64,000 bases of DNA from an uncultured Micavibrio sp. (lineage in GTDB: Bacteria; Pseudomonadota; Alphaproteobacteria; Micavibrionales; Micavibrionaceae), in NCBI GenBank assembly GCA_964445195.1, contig CAYUKA010000004.1, positions 37,134 to 101,133 of the forward strand, read 5' to 3'. A program made the position numbers and the translations under genes. A model generated the notes under the pieces. It saw only the letters and a list, made by a program, of their open reading frames with translations. It was not told where the DNA came from and searched no databases. Position 1 is the stretch's first letter, and every line of letters begins with the position of its first letter. This document shows, piece after piece, positions 18,499-28,845 of the stretch.

Positions 18499-20808
18499 AT
18501 GACTGCTTCATACCGTCTTTATATTCCCATATACGCCGTCACACTGCTGCTGAGCGCGTTCCTGCTGTTCCTGATCCAGCCTTTGTTCGGCAAGATGTTG
18601 CTGCCCTTGCTTGGCGGCGCCCCATCGGTCTGGAACACGGCGATGTTGTTTTTCCAGTCATTGCTGCTGGCCGGCTATGCCTATGCACACGGCACCGCGC
18701 GCTGGCTGAATATCAGGGTTCAGGCGCTCGTCCATATTGCGTTGCTGGTCCTGTTTGTCGGCGTGCTGCCGATCGCCATCCCCGACGGGTGGGCGCCCCC
18801 GGCAACAGGCAATCCGAGCTTCTGGCAACTCGGGCTGATGGCCGTAGTTGTCGGCGGTCCGTTCTTCGTCCTGTCCGGCAGTGCGCCTATGCTGCAGCAC
18901 TGGTTCGCCCATACAGAGCATAAGGACTCTCATAATCCCTATTTCCTTTATGCCGCCAGTAATCTGGGCAGCGTCACAGCCCTGCTCGCTTATCCCGTGC
19001 TGATCGAACCGGTCTTCGGCCTGACAGAGCAAACGACGCAGTGGGCCTGGGGCTACGGCGCGCTGATCGTGCTGGTGGTCCTGTCGGCCTGGCTGGCCTG
19101 GAGCCATCATGAAGCCAAACCCAGCGTCAAAGAAGCAACCGGCACGGATGATGAAACCATCACATGGCGCCGCCGCGGCCACTGGTTACTTCTGGCCTTT
19201 GTCCCCTCCAGCCTGATGCTTGGGATTACAACTTACATCACAACGGATCTCGCCTCAGCCCCCCTGCTCTGGATCGTGCCGCTGACGCTTTACATTTCGA
19301 CCTTTATCATTGTGTTCGCCAGAAAGCCGATTATCGGCATTGAACGCACCCATTACATCCAGGGCCTGCTGCTTATTTTTATGGTCAGCTTTTTAGGGGC
19401 CGCCACCGCCCTGCCGAAAATATTCACACTGGTAATACACTTATTACTGTTCTTCTTCTCGGCCCTGATGTGTCATCACGAACTGGCGAAAATCAGGCCG
19501 CATGCGGGTCACCTGACACAATTCTACCTGATCATGTCATTCGGCGGCGCATTGGGCGGGGTCTTTAACGCCCTGATTGCCCCCAACCTGTTTATCCTGC
19601 CGTTTGAATATGCGCTGGTGCTGGCGCTGGCCGCCTTTATGCGCAACAGCACAGAGCCTGACAGCACGTTCAGATCATGGTGGCTGCAATTAAACCAGGC
19701 ATGGCAGGATGGTAAAGGCTGGCTTACCAAATCCGGCATCGTCCAGATTGTACTGATCGTGGCCGCCTGTATGGCCGCGCACCACTATTCCGACTTTCTG
19801 GCCGTACGGCTGTCTGTGATCGGCGGTTTACTCATTTTGATGACCATGACGCTCGAACGGCGCTGGATCTTCGCGCTGTGTGTTGCAACGGTCCTGTTCA
19901 TCAGACCCCCGGGATTCAGTTGGGGCGCGACTTCCAGCTTCGATGCCATGCCCCATATCAGCCGTAACTTTTTCGGTGTTGTGCGTGTCGGCGATTACCA
20001 CGACTCCGGCCTCAGGCTGCTGTTACACGGCACAACTATTCATGGCAGCCAGGCGCTGGCCGCTGAGCATAAGCACCTCAAACTATCCTATTACAGCGAA
20101 AACAGCGGTATTAGTGATGCCTTTGGCATACTTGATGATCGCCCCGTGCCGCAAAAGATCGCTGTACTCGGTCTTGGTATCGGCGTAGCCGCCTGTTATC
20201 AGAAAGATGGACGCCATTTCGACTTTTTTGAAATTGATCCGCAGATTGTAGAAGTTGCTGAAGACCGCAGCCTGTTCACATACCTCTCTGATTGCGGCAG
20301 TCCTTATAACATCATCGTTGGTGATGCGCGCCTGCGGCTCGCCGATAAGGACGATCACAGCTATGACATTATTGTCGCCGACGCTTTCAGCTCCGACAGC
20401 ATACCGGTCCACCTGGTTACGCTCGAAGCCTTTCAGCTTTATCACAGCAAGCTGAAAGAGAACGGCTTGATCGTGGTCAATATCTCCAATCGCTATCTTG
20501 ACCTGCTGCCGATCATGTCAGAGGCGGCTGAACAGATTGGCCTGAATGCCTATCACAAAAGTGCAGAAGGCGGCGAAATTGAAGGGTTAAGGTATAATCC
20601 CGCGCACTTTGTAATCCTGACAGAAGACGAAACACTGACAGAGTCGCTTCTGGAACAGGACTGGAAAACTGTGCCCCGTTATCCGGACTTCCGTTTATGG
20701 ACCGATCAATATTCGAATATCCTGTCTGTGATGAAGACGTTAAACCCGCCTCTGGCGGAAGCGGCTGAAGATCATGACAAAAACGGACAGCAAGACACCC
20801 CGAATTAA
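18499..20808 (+). CDS. fused polytopic membrane protein / spermidine-synthase-like domain protein
   Basis: About 450 aa of hydrophobic helices, then LLHGTTIHGSQ..KIAVLGLGIGVAACY..FFEIDPQIV..IIVADAFSSDSIPVHL, a class I SAM/spermidine synthase fold. Confidence 0.8.
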   Translation: MTASYRLYIPIYAVTLLLSAFLLFLIQPLFGKMLLPLLGGAPSVWNTAMLFFQSLLLAGYAYAHGTARWLNIRVQALVHIALLVLFVGVLPIAIPDGWAPPATGNPSFWQLGLMAVVVGGPFFVLSGSAPMLQHWFAHTEHKDSHNPYFLYAASNLGSVTALLAYPVLIEPVFGLTEQTTQWAWGYGALIVLVVLSAWLAWSHHEAKPSVKEATGTDDETITWRRRGHWLLLAFVPSSLMLGITTYITTDLASAPLLWIVPLTLYISTFIIVFARKPIIGIERTHYIQGLLLIFMVSFLGAATALPKIFTLVIHLLLFFFSALMCHHELAKIRPHAGHLTQFYLIMSFGGALGGVFNALIAPNLFILPFEYALVLALAAFMRNSTEPDSTFRSWWLQLNQAWQDGKGWLTKSGIVQIVLIVAACMAAHHYSDFLAVRLSVIGGLLILMTMTLERRWIFALCVATVLFIRPPGFSWGATSSFDAMPHISRNFFGVVRVGDYHDSGLRLLLHGTTIHGSQALAAEHKHLKLSYYSENSGISDAFGILDDRPVPQKIAVLGLGIGVAACYQKDGRHFDFFEIDPQIVEVAEDRSLFTYLSDCGSPYNIIVGDARLRLADKDDHSYDIIVADAFSSDSIPVHLVTLEAFQLYHSKLKENGLIVVNISNRYLDLLPIMSEAAEQIGLNAYHKSAEGGEIEGLRYNPAHFVILTEDETLTESLLEQDWKTVPRYPDFRLWTDQYSNILSVMKTLNPPLAEAAEDHDKNGQQDTPN

Positions 20809-20887
20809 CCGTTTTTAAACCATTGCCCGGCCACAATTGGCTCATACACACATAGCTATGCTATGATAATAACTAGGGAAAACGGTT

Positions 20888-21157
20888 ATGAACTTTAACT
20901 TTCTCAAATATTTCGCCAGAAAAGCCGGCAGCGAGACCGCCCGCCTTGAAAACACGGCTGATCCACAGGCCGAAGAAGTGGCGGCCATGTCAAGGCTGAT
21001 TACAGCCGCTTACGGGACGCAAGGTATCAAGATTGCCAGCCGTATGCCGGACGACTCTCATACCCCTGTCAGCGCTAAGGTCGCCGCAACGCAAAGACCA
21101 GGGAATCCCGAGTTGGCAGCCCGTATGGCCGAAGCCAGCCTGGATCTTGCACGCTAA
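20888..21157 (+). CDS. hypothetical small protein (89 aa)
   Basis: ORF with a weak SD and no recognisable motif. Confidence 0.35.
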   Translation: MNFNFLKYFARKAGSETARLENTADPQAEEVAAMSRLITAAYGTQGIKIASRMPDDSHTPVSAKVAATQRPGNPELAARMAEASLDLAR

Positions 21158-21159
21158 GC

Positions 21160-22740
21160 TTACTTCGTTGCCGTAAACCTGATGGCCGGATGCTTGTCTT
21201 CCGCATCGCTAAGATGCCAGGCATTGCGGGCCAGGAACACAGGATCGCCATCGTGATCATTCGCGATGGCGCTTTGATTCCCATCTGTAAATTGTTTCAA
21301 CACAGCATGATCTTCGGCCGACAGCCAGCGCGCCGTGTAAAGCGCCGCTTCCTCGAACCGCACCGGTATTTCATATTCCGTTCTGATCCGGTCGGCCAGC
21401 ACATCGAACTGCAACGGGCCGACAACCCCGACAATCCAGCCCGCATCCATGGTCGGTTTGAAGACCCGGGCCGCCCCCTCTTCAGCCAGCTGCACCAGCG
21501 CATTTTCAAGATGCTTCGCCTTCATCGGGTCTTCCGGCCGCACACGCTGCAAATATTCGGGAGCAAAGCTCGGAATGCCGGTAAAATGAAGCTCTTCATT
21601 GCTCTCAACCAGCGCGTCACCGATCCGTAAATTACCGTAATTCGGAATACCGAGAATATCGCCGGGGAATGCTTCTTCCGCTGTCTCGCGGTCCTGTGCC
21701 AGGAACATTTGCGGATTGTGGATGGTCAGGACCTTACCGCTGCGCACATGCTTTAGCTTCATCCCTTTTCTAAATTTACCGCTACAAACCCTTGTAAAGG
21801 CAATACGATCCCGATGCTTGGGGTCCATATTCGCCTGGATCTTGAAAACAAACGCCGTCACCTTGCTTTCATCAGGCTCGACAGCCCGCTCCTGCGCCGG
21901 CTGGGGCTGCGGCGGCGGCGCAAAGGCACCAACGCCCTGCAGTAATTCATTCACGCCGAAATTGTTGATCGCGCTCCCGAAAAAGACCGGCGTCATGTGA
22001 CCTTCCAGGTAGGCCTGCCTGTCGAACGGTTTGCAAAGGCCGCGCACCATCTCGACATCCTCACGCAGTTTTTCCGCCAGATGCGCCGGCAACAGCTCGT
22101 CAATCTGCGGATCGTCCAGACCACTGCACTCCAGGCCGTCCTTAATCTCTTCGCCCTTGCTGCGCTCAAACAAAATCAGGCGGTCGTTCAGCAAATCGTA
22201 GCACCCCTTGAAGTCCCGGCCCATGCCGATCGGCCAGCTGGCCGGCGAAACATCCAGCTGTAACTGGTCTTCGACCTCATCAAGCAGATCAAACGGGTCG
22301 CGGCCGTCACGATCCATTTTGTTAATAAAAGTCATAATGGGCATATCGCGCAGACGGCACACTTCGAACAGCTTACGCGTTTGCGGCTCGATCCCCTTGG
22401 CCGAGTCCAGCACCATCACGGCACTGTCAACAGCGGTGAGCGTCCGATAGGTGTCCTCGCTGAAATCCTCGTGGCCCGGTGTGTCGAGCAGGTTATAGGT
22501 AATCCCGCCATTGTCAAAGGTCATGACCGCCGAGGTCACGGAAATGCCGCGCTCCTGCTCAACCTTCATCCAGTCGGACCGCGCCCGGCGCCGTTCACCG
22601 CGCGCCTTAACCATGCCGGCCATCTGGATCGCACCGCCAAACAACAAGAGCTTTTCCGTCAGCGTCGTTTTACCGGCATCGGGATGCGAGATAATGGCGA
22701 ATGTCCGCCTGTTAGCGATTTTTTCCTGCAGCGCAGTCAA
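21160..22740 (-). CDS. prfC: peptide chain release factor 3
   Basis: RRTFAIISHPDAGKTTLTEKLLLFGGAI, DTPGHEDF and NKMDR GTPase motifs, with RF3 length. Confidence 0.95.
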   Translation of the reverse strand: MTALQEKIANRRTFAIISHPDAGKTTLTEKLLLFGGAIQMAGMVKARGERRRARSDWMKVEQERGISVTSAVMTFDNGGITYNLLDTPGHEDFSEDTYRTLTAVDSAVMVLDSAKGIEPQTRKLFEVCRLRDMPIMTFINKMDRDGRDPFDLLDEVEDQLQLDVSPASWPIGMGRDFKGCYDLLNDRLILFERSKGEEIKDGLECSGLDDPQIDELLPAHLAEKLREDVEMVRGLCKPFDRQAYLEGHMTPVFFGSAINNFGVNELLQGVGAFAPPPQPQPAQERAVEPDESKVTAFVFKIQANMDPKHRDRIAFTRVCSGKFRKGMKLKHVRSGKVLTIHNPQMFLAQDRETAEEAFPGDILGIPNYGNLRIGDALVESNEELHFTGIPSFAPEYLQRVRPEDPMKAKHLENALVQLAEEGAARVFKPTMDAGWIVGVVGPLQFDVLADRIRTEYEIPVRFEEAALYTARWLSAEDHAVLKQFTDGNQSAIANDHDGDPVFLARNAWHLSDAEDKHPAIRFTATK

Positions 22741-23078
22741 AACTCTTTCCCTTCGAACGGGTTGTTTAATTCCTTATCCTCGACCTCGACCACCCATAAA
22801 TCGGGATCACGATCAACGGCCCGGCGAATATACTCATCCGCCTCGCTTTCCGCAACGGTTTCCCCTTTAAATAAGGCCATCCAGCCCATCTCGCCGTCAA
22901 GGTTGCGCTGCTGCTGCAAGACGCGGCACCCCTGCCCCGGCGCATAGAGCTTGACCATCACGGTGCCGGATGCGTGATTACCGGTATTGACGATATAATA
23001 AGGGATACCCTGCAGCGTGAGGGTTTTCAGATGGGCGTCTATCCAGAGTCTGGTCGGCAGGCGGTCATCGTCAGTCAT
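22737..23078 (-). CDS. DUF1491 family protein
   Basis: LPTRLWIDAHLKTL...GIPYYIVNTG...GTVMVKL pattern. It is translationally coupled to prfC (4-nt overlap). Confidence 0.75.
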   Translation of the reverse strand: MTDDDRLPTRLWIDAHLKTLTLQGIPYYIVNTGNHASGTVMVKLYAPGQGCRVLQQQRNLDGEMGWMALFKGETVAESEADEYIRRAVDRDPDLWVVEVEDKELNNPFEGKEF

Positions 23079-23089
23079 AAAGGATATGG

Positions 23090-23563
23090 TTACATGCCGC
23101 GCTCGAACGGTACAAGCTTCTGTACTAATTCCCGTCCTTCCGGCCTTTCGGAATAACCGACGGCAGCCCTCTTCACAGCGGCAACAGCTAGCGTTTCAGC
23201 ATACGGCGCAACCGTGTTAAACGCCTCCTGCACCACGGGCAGAATATCTTCAGGCTTCACAGATACAGGCATTCCGGAAACACCATAAAGCGTACCAGGA
23301 GCCAGCTCGTCCGTCGGCAAGCCATAAACATCCAACGAATTAGAAACTGCGCTATCAACAGTACGGCCAATTTGATAACGCAAATCGCTATGTAAAATAT
23401 CAAACCACTTCGCACCCGACAAGGCATTCAAAAGTATACTCACCGGCACAGGCATATCCTGAATACCTTCAAATACACTTTCAATTATTTCAATATCCCG
23501 GGTATCTTCGGTATCTTCGGCAATTTCGGTGCCTTCAGTATCCTCAAAATAATCAAAACTCAT
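23090..23563 (-). CDS. hypothetical acidic protein (157 aa)
   Basis: ORF with a GAGAGG SD. The acidic N-terminus is encoded by a short ggtatcttcg x2 repeat. Confidence 0.5.
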   Translation of the reverse strand: MSFDYFEDTEGTEIAEDTEDTRDIEIIESVFEGIQDMPVPVSILLNALSGAKWFDILHSDLRYQIGRTVDSAVSNSLDVYGLPTDELAPGTLYGVSGMPVSVKPEDILPVVQEAFNTVAPYAETLAVAAVKRAAVGYSERPEGRELVQKLVPFERGM

Positions 23564-23646
23564 GAAAGCCTCTCTTTTATAAACGTAAATGCATGAGTGA
23601 ACGCCAGTTTACGCCCACCTTAGCATTATGTCAAATTTATAAGGGG

Positions 23647-24051
23647 TTAATGTTTGATTTTCTTGCCGTAAAGCTCAAGCCGGCACTCAACCAACTCATA
23701 GCCAAGCTTACGGGCTATATCGGCTTTCATATCCTCGATTTCCTGGTTCTGGAACTCGATAACCTCGCCGTTCTCAATATCAATCAAATGATGGTGATGC
23801 TCGGTATTCAGCTCATAACGCGCAAAATTCTCTTTAAATTCATGCCGGACAACAACGCCCATTTCATCAAGCATATTCAGCGTCCGGTAAACAGTCGCCA
23901 TGCTGATTGACGGATCAGCCGCCTTGGCACGTTCATAAACATCCTCAACAGACGGATGATCCTCTGCCTCATCGAGTACTTTCAAAATTGTGCGGCGCGG
24001 GGCCGTCATTTTCAGGCCAGCCTCTATGCAACGCTGTTCAAGATTGGTCAT
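23647..24051 (-). CDS. Fur-family transcriptional regulator, Irr-like
   Basis: Fur wHTH (LKMTAPRRTILKVL..HPSVEDVYERA...ISMATVYRTLN) and an HHHH motif before LIDIENGEVIEF. No CxxC pairs are present. Confidence 0.85.
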   Translation of the reverse strand: MTNLEQRCIEAGLKMTAPRRTILKVLDEAEDHPSVEDVYERAKAADPSISMATVYRTLNMLDEMGVVVRHEFKENFARYELNTEHHHHLIDIENGEVIEFQNQEIEDMKADIARKLGYELVECRLELYGKKIKH

Positions 24052-24101
24052 ACTTAATTAGCCATTGTTAGAATCATACGTATCGTTGCCATAGGTTAAA
24101 T

Positions 24102-25676
24102 TTATTCGGCACTTCCGGCAAGCTCAACTTCGTTTCCATCATTTGTCTGGCGGAACGGCGCTAAGGGCGAGCCTCTTTGCTCCTTATTTTTCGGCTGCAG
24201 GCGTGCCGCGGGAAATATGACGGTCACTGTTGTGCCCTTCCCCTCATCCGACTCCAGCTGCAGCATGCCGTCATGCAGTTCAGCCATCGCTTTAGCAAGT
24301 GGCAGGCCCAGACCCGTTCCCTGCATCTTGTTGTCCTCATGGGGAATACTAACCTGTCCGAAAGGCTCCAGCGCATCTTTGATGCGTTCCCTGGGAATGC
24401 CGATCCCCATATCCTGCACAATCAGTTCCAGCGACTGATCTTTTGCCTTGCGCGCTATAATGTCAATTGTACCGTCCGTGCGTGAATACTTCACTGCATT
24501 GCCGACCAGGTTGATCAGAATCTGGCGCACCAGACGCGGGTCAGCATATAAGGGCGGCAAGTCTTCTTCAACATGCTCTTCGATCTTCAAACCACTACTG
24601 AAAGCCCGCGAGGCCATCATCCGGGAAACCGACGCAACCAGATCAGCAACACTAAGATACTCTTCATCAAGTTCAACACGGCCGGCTTCGATTTTCGACA
24701 TATCAAGGACTTCATTGATGATTTCCAGTAAATGCCGCGCGCTCAGGTGAATATCCGCAAGGTATTCCTTGTATTTTTCATTCCCCAGTTCGCCGAACGT
24801 TTCCTTCATCATCATCTCTGAAAAGCCGATAATCGCGTTTAACGGCGTGCGTAACTCATGGCTCATATTCGCAAGGAAAGCCGATTTCGTCTGATTAGCG
24901 GTATCAGCCTGTTCCTTGGCCAGTCGCAACGATAGCTCCATCTGCTTACGCAGGGTAATATCCATGATCGTCGTGACCTGAAAGCGCCGCCCCTGGCTTA
25001 ATTCCAGCGCCGCCGTAGTAAACAGGGCATTGGCGATATTCCCGTCTTTCCGTACAACTTTCATCTCGCCGGAGCTACGGATACCGCTGCGGATAAATTC
25101 GTCGTGGTTTCGCCGGGCCAGTTCGCGCTCGTCCTCTGCGATAAGATGAAGGAAATCATGACCGATCAGGTCATCACGGCCCCAACCATAGATACGCACA
25201 AAACTGTCATTCACGCGGACAATACGCTGATCCTGATCCGTCACAACAATCCCGACCTCACTGACATCAAAGATCGAAGTAAGCATGGAAATCGCATCAT
25301 CGCGTTCGCGCTGCAGGCTGTCAGCTTGTTGATCAACCGGTACGGACGTTACCAAAAACAAATCATCGGCAGCCGGACTGATGACCAGGCTGCCAATAAC
25401 CAGTCCTTCGTTAACAGTTAAATGTGTATTCAGCGTTACAGGCCGCCTGTCTTTACCGGCTTTTTCCAACGCTTCAACAAGCGGTACCGCTACAGAGCCC
25501 TTAAGCAGCTCCTGCAACGGCATATCCTGTTTCACTTCTTCGGATAACAACGTTTTGCGCGCACCGGGATTCGCATCCAACAATACAAAGGCACCGGCAT
25601 TATTTTTTCCGACAACCAAGGCCGGCATCGGTGTTGTTTCAAAAAACAGTTTATGATCAATAACTTGTTTATTCAC
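24102..25676 (-). CDS. cytoplasmic PAS-domain sensor histidine kinase (GTG start)
   Basis: H-box FLANMSHELRTPLNAIIGF, N-box LINLVGNAVKY, G-boxes DMGIGIP / GTGLGLPLAK, and a PAS region (VRVNDSFVRIYGW). No TM segments. Confidence 0.9.
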   Translation of the reverse strand: MNKQVIDHKLFFETTPMPALVVGKNNAGAFVLLDANPGARKTLLSEEVKQDMPLQELLKGSVAVPLVEALEKAGKDRRPVTLNTHLTVNEGLVIGSLVISPAADDLFLVTSVPVDQQADSLQRERDDAISMLTSIFDVSEVGIVVTDQDQRIVRVNDSFVRIYGWGRDDLIGHDFLHLIAEDERELARRNHDEFIRSGIRSSGEMKVVRKDGNIANALFTTAALELSQGRRFQVTTIMDITLRKQMELSLRLAKEQADTANQTKSAFLANMSHELRTPLNAIIGFSEMMMKETFGELGNEKYKEYLADIHLSARHLLEIINEVLDMSKIEAGRVELDEEYLSVADLVASVSRMMASRAFSSGLKIEEHVEEDLPPLYADPRLVRQILINLVGNAVKYSRTDGTIDIIARKAKDQSLELIVQDMGIGIPRERIKDALEPFGQVSIPHEDNKMQGTGLGLPLAKAMAELHDGMLQLESDEGKGTTVTVIFPAARLQPKNKEQRGSPLAPFRQTNDGNEVELAGSAE

Positions 25677-25767
25677 TACAGGTAGCCCCAGCGCTTTATG
25701 CGCTATCCTTTATAATCGAATAAAAACCTTATGATTCCGTTACTTATTTAATTTTCATAAACTTGCA

Positions 25768-26424
25768 TCAGGCGTGCTTGGTGCCAAACAAACGGTCCCC
25801 CGCATCACCCAGACCCGGTATAATATAAGCATTCTCGTTCAGCCGCTCATCAAGGGCAGCCACATAAACCGGGATTTGCGGATAGGAATCCAGCAAGACC
25901 CTGACTCCCTCCGGTGCGGCTACCAAAGCCATAAAACGGATTTTATCAGGGTCTGCGCCGTTTTTCACAAGGACATCAATCGCGTATTTGGACGAGTTGC
26001 CGGTCGCCAGCATCGGATCGACCAGAATAATCACACGCCCGGCCGGGTCGGGCATCTTGACCAGATATTCAACCGGCTGTTTTGTCCTTTCATCGCGATA
26101 AAGACCCACATGGCCAATACGCGCCGCCGGCATTAGCTCTTCCAGCCCTTCGGCCATTCCCAGTCCCGCGCGTAATATAGGTACGATCACCGGCTTACGC
26201 CCTTTAATAACCGGCGCCTCCATCGCCGCCATCGGCGTTTCAATTTCAGTCGTCGTCAAGGGTAACGGCCGGGTCAGCTCATAGCCCATCAAAAGCGAGA
26301 TTTCCTTCAGCAGGAGTTTAAACATGACCTTGTTACAGCCAACATCACGCATCAGCGATAATTTATGCAGGATCAACGGATGATCCGCGACATGCAGATT
26401 GGGAAACTCTGGGTGTTGTCTCAT
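25768..26424 (-). CDS. upp: uracil phosphoribosyltransferase
   Basis: PILRAGLGM, the PRPP loop [12 protein letters not shown], and the C-terminal [16 protein letters not shown]. Confidence 0.95.
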   Translation of the reverse strand: MRQHPEFPNLHVADHPLILHKLSLMRDVGCNKVMFKLLLKEISLLMGYELTRPLPLTTTEIETPMAAMEAPVIKGRKPVIVPILRAGLGMAEGLEELMPAARIGHVGLYRDERTKQPVEYLVKMPDPAGRVIILVDPMLATGNSSKYAIDVLVKNGADPDKIRFMALVAAPEGVRVLLDSYPQIPVYVAALDERLNENAYIIPGLGDAGDRLFGTKHA

Positions 26425-26514
26425 GTCCGGCGCTCTTCTGTTTTAATAGAATTTGCCGGAGAGTACCCGATTTTCCATGAAAAACAAACGGATTCTGTGT
26501 CTTTGTAGCCGAGG

Positions 26515-27423
26515 CTAGGAATCAGTATCAATGAAGCGCTGCAACGGGCTTTGCTCGTGATACTCCAAGGCCGTATCGCCTTCTTCATCCCATTTGTCGA
26601 GATCCTGTCGCATATTCGACAACAGATCATGCAGCGTATCGCCGGGAATCGGCTCAGCGACACAGTAAGACATAGTCAGGGGTATTTCACGGCTATCAGT
26701 ACGGATAACAATATTCTCATCCGCCAGAAAACTGCGCAGACGGTTCACCGCCGCGGTACCGCCAACAGCCTCGGCGTGTTTCAGGTTCATCACAAATTCG
26801 CAATCGCCGGAGCGGTAACCGTCGTCGAACGAACGGATACATTTTTTAATCATGCGGCCCAGCGTCGCCATAATCTGCTTGTGCTGGGCCTGATCGATCA
26901 GTGGCCGGAAATCCTCGTAATTATCGACCCGCGCCAGCGCCAATGTAAACGGGTTACCCCGCCGTGCCCGGCGCTCCAGCTCCCGGCCGATATCAATTTC
27001 CATGGCGTGGCGGCTCCGCAAACCCGTCTCAAGATCAAGACCGCTATCGACCAGTGCGCAATCCTGCTCCAGACGACGCAGTTTAAAAATAAAGCTCTCA
27101 TAAAGGCTGGTGAAGTTATCATATTCCGGAAATGTGATCTCATCATCAGTATAGGCCCTTTTGTCCATCAGGCCCGTTGCAACAATATGAAGCTCTTCGA
27201 ACAGGCGTTTGAGGTCATTCAGTGTGACCGTCTCCATGAAATCATAGCCTTCCGCCTCAGTCGCCCATTTTTGAAAACTCTCCGGCACGCCCGGCTTATC
27301 GGCACCTTTAAATACATCGGGAAACATGATGCGTTTATTAACACGGCCGAGCCATTCCGCATGCTCATCGATAACCGGCGCTAACGCCTTGAGTTTACTA
27401 TCAGCTTCGTAATTCAGAACCAT
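26515..27423 (-). CDS. degenerate GGDEF-domain protein with an unknown N-terminal domain
   Basis: C-terminal GGDEF-fold blocks (D.ETGL.SRHAM...FTLALARVDNYEDF...YRSGDCEFVMNL). The GG[DE]EF motif is replaced by SGDCEF. Confidence 0.7.
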   Translation of the reverse strand: MVLNYEADSKLKALAPVIDEHAEWLGRVNKRIMFPDVFKGADKPGVPESFQKWATEAEGYDFMETVTLNDLKRLFEELHIVATGLMDKRAYTDDEITFPEYDNFTSLYESFIFKLRRLEQDCALVDSGLDLETGLRSRHAMEIDIGRELERRARRGNPFTLALARVDNYEDFRPLIDQAQHKQIMATLGRMIKKCIRSFDDGYRSGDCEFVMNLKHAEAVGGTAAVNRLRSFLADENIVIRTDSREIPLTMSYCVAEPIPGDTLHDLLSNMRQDLDKWDEEGDTALEYHEQSPLQRFIDTDS

Positions 27424-27487
27424 ATGAAAAAGCGCCCGTTAAGGTTTTCCCTCTATACAATACAACGGAAATCTATGCGAAAGGTTA

Positions 27488-27521
27488 ACAAGAAAAGGAA
27501 AGGTGTCTGCGCAGAAACACC
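27488..27521 (-). terminator. rho-independent terminator after tgt
   Basis: The minus-strand RNA reads GGUGUUUCUGCGCAGACACC followed by UUUCCUUUUCUUGUU. Confidence 0.5.
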
Positions 27522-27537
27522 GATACCAAATAATATA

Positions 27538-28776
27538 TTATGCGCCCAGCCATTCTTTTTCAAGCTGATCGAGCGTCCCGGCCTGAATAGCGTCCCGCAC
27601 CTCGCGCATCAAAAGGTTGATCGTTGCGACATTGTGCTGGGCGACAAGCTGCATACCCAGCATTTCACCGGATTTGAGGAGATGATGGATGTACGCTTTA
27701 GAAAAATCACGTGAAGCCGGAATACCAAGCCGGGGATCGAGTGGCGCTTTATCATCACGGAACCGTGCGTTCATCAGGTTAATGCGCTCACCCGGATGCC
27801 CTTTAATCAGGGCCATACCGTGCCGGGCGATTCGCGTCGGGGTCACGCAATCAAACGTATCGATACCGAGCCGTACAAAATTAAACACGTCTTCAACACG
27901 CCCAATACCGAGCAAATGTGTAGGCCGGTCTTCACGCAGACGCTGCATACACATATTCACCACATCGTACATCTCCGCCACGCTGCCGCCCAGCGACCCG
28001 CCGACGGCCGCCCCGAAGAACGGACGATCATTGACATAGGCGCAGCTCAGATCGCGCAAATCTTCGTAAACCCCGCCCTGGACGATACCAAACAACCCCT
28101 GCCGTCCGTCATGAGTTTCGGCAAACGCGGCCAGACTGCGATCGCCCCAGCGGTGGCTGCGCTCCATTGACGCTGCGGTGTAATCCTTATCAACATGGTA
28201 CGCGGTGCACTCATCAAGCTGATAGATCAGGTCAGCACCCAGCTTGCGCTGGATTTCCATTGACAGCTCAGGCGTCAGGGTCAGCATCTCACCGTCCCAA
28301 TACGACTTGAACCGGGCGCCCTCCTCGGTGATTTTCAACATCGTCTTGTTGCGACCGCCCTTGTTGCGGCCCTTGATCTCGTCAGCGACAGAACCGTGCC
28401 CCATTGAGAAGATCTGGAAACCGCCGGAATCGGTCATCATCGGTCCGTCCCACTGCATAAAATCATGCAGCCCACCCATTTTTTCGACCAAATCGGCGCC
28501 CGGCTGGATCATGACATGATAGGTATTGGCGAGAATAATATCGGTCTGCGCCTCACGCATCGCCGCCGGCGAAAGGTTCTTGATCGACGCCTTGGTGCCG
28601 CAAAAAATATAGTTGGGAGTCTCAATCGTGCCATGCGGTGTTTGCAAACGGCCTACCCGCGCCTGCCCGCCGGATGGGTCTTTGTGCACGATATCAAAGG
28701 CAAAACCCGGATAGTCCAGCGTCTCCGGCGGCGTTACGCGGATTTCCGGTTCTTTTTTGCGGCGGGGACGAGCCAT
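27538..28776 (-). CDS. tgt: tRNA-guanine(34) transglycosylase
   Basis: TPHG.IETP.Y, MMTDSGGFQ, LFGIVQGG, and the FDCVTPTR region. Confidence 0.95.
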   Translation of the reverse strand: MARPRRKKEPEIRVTPPETLDYPGFAFDIVHKDPSGGQARVGRLQTPHGTIETPNYIFCGTKASIKNLSPAAMREAQTDIILANTYHVMIQPGADLVEKMGGLHDFMQWDGPMMTDSGGFQIFSMGHGSVADEIKGRNKGGRNKTMLKITEEGARFKSYWDGEMLTLTPELSMEIQRKLGADLIYQLDECTAYHVDKDYTAASMERSHRWGDRSLAAFAETHDGRQGLFGIVQGGVYEDLRDLSCAYVNDRPFFGAAVGGSLGGSVAEMYDVVNMCMQRLREDRPTHLLGIGRVEDVFNFVRLGIDTFDCVTPTRIARHGMALIKGHPGERINLMNARFRDDKAPLDPRLGIPASRDFSKAYIHHLLKSGEMLGMQLVAQHNVATINLLMREVRDAIQAGTLDQLEKEWLGA

Positions 28777-28789
28777 AACGCTATCCTTA

Positions 28790-28816
28790 TAAAAGTCACC
28801 CCCGCACAGGCGGGGG
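28790..28816 (-). terminator. possible terminator hairpin after rpmB
   Basis: CCCCCGC-acag-GCGGGGG (28799..28816). On the minus strand it is followed by gugacUUUUau. Confidence 0.4.
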
Positions 28817-28845
28817 CCGACAAATTGTTCAGCGATGAACAGTCC

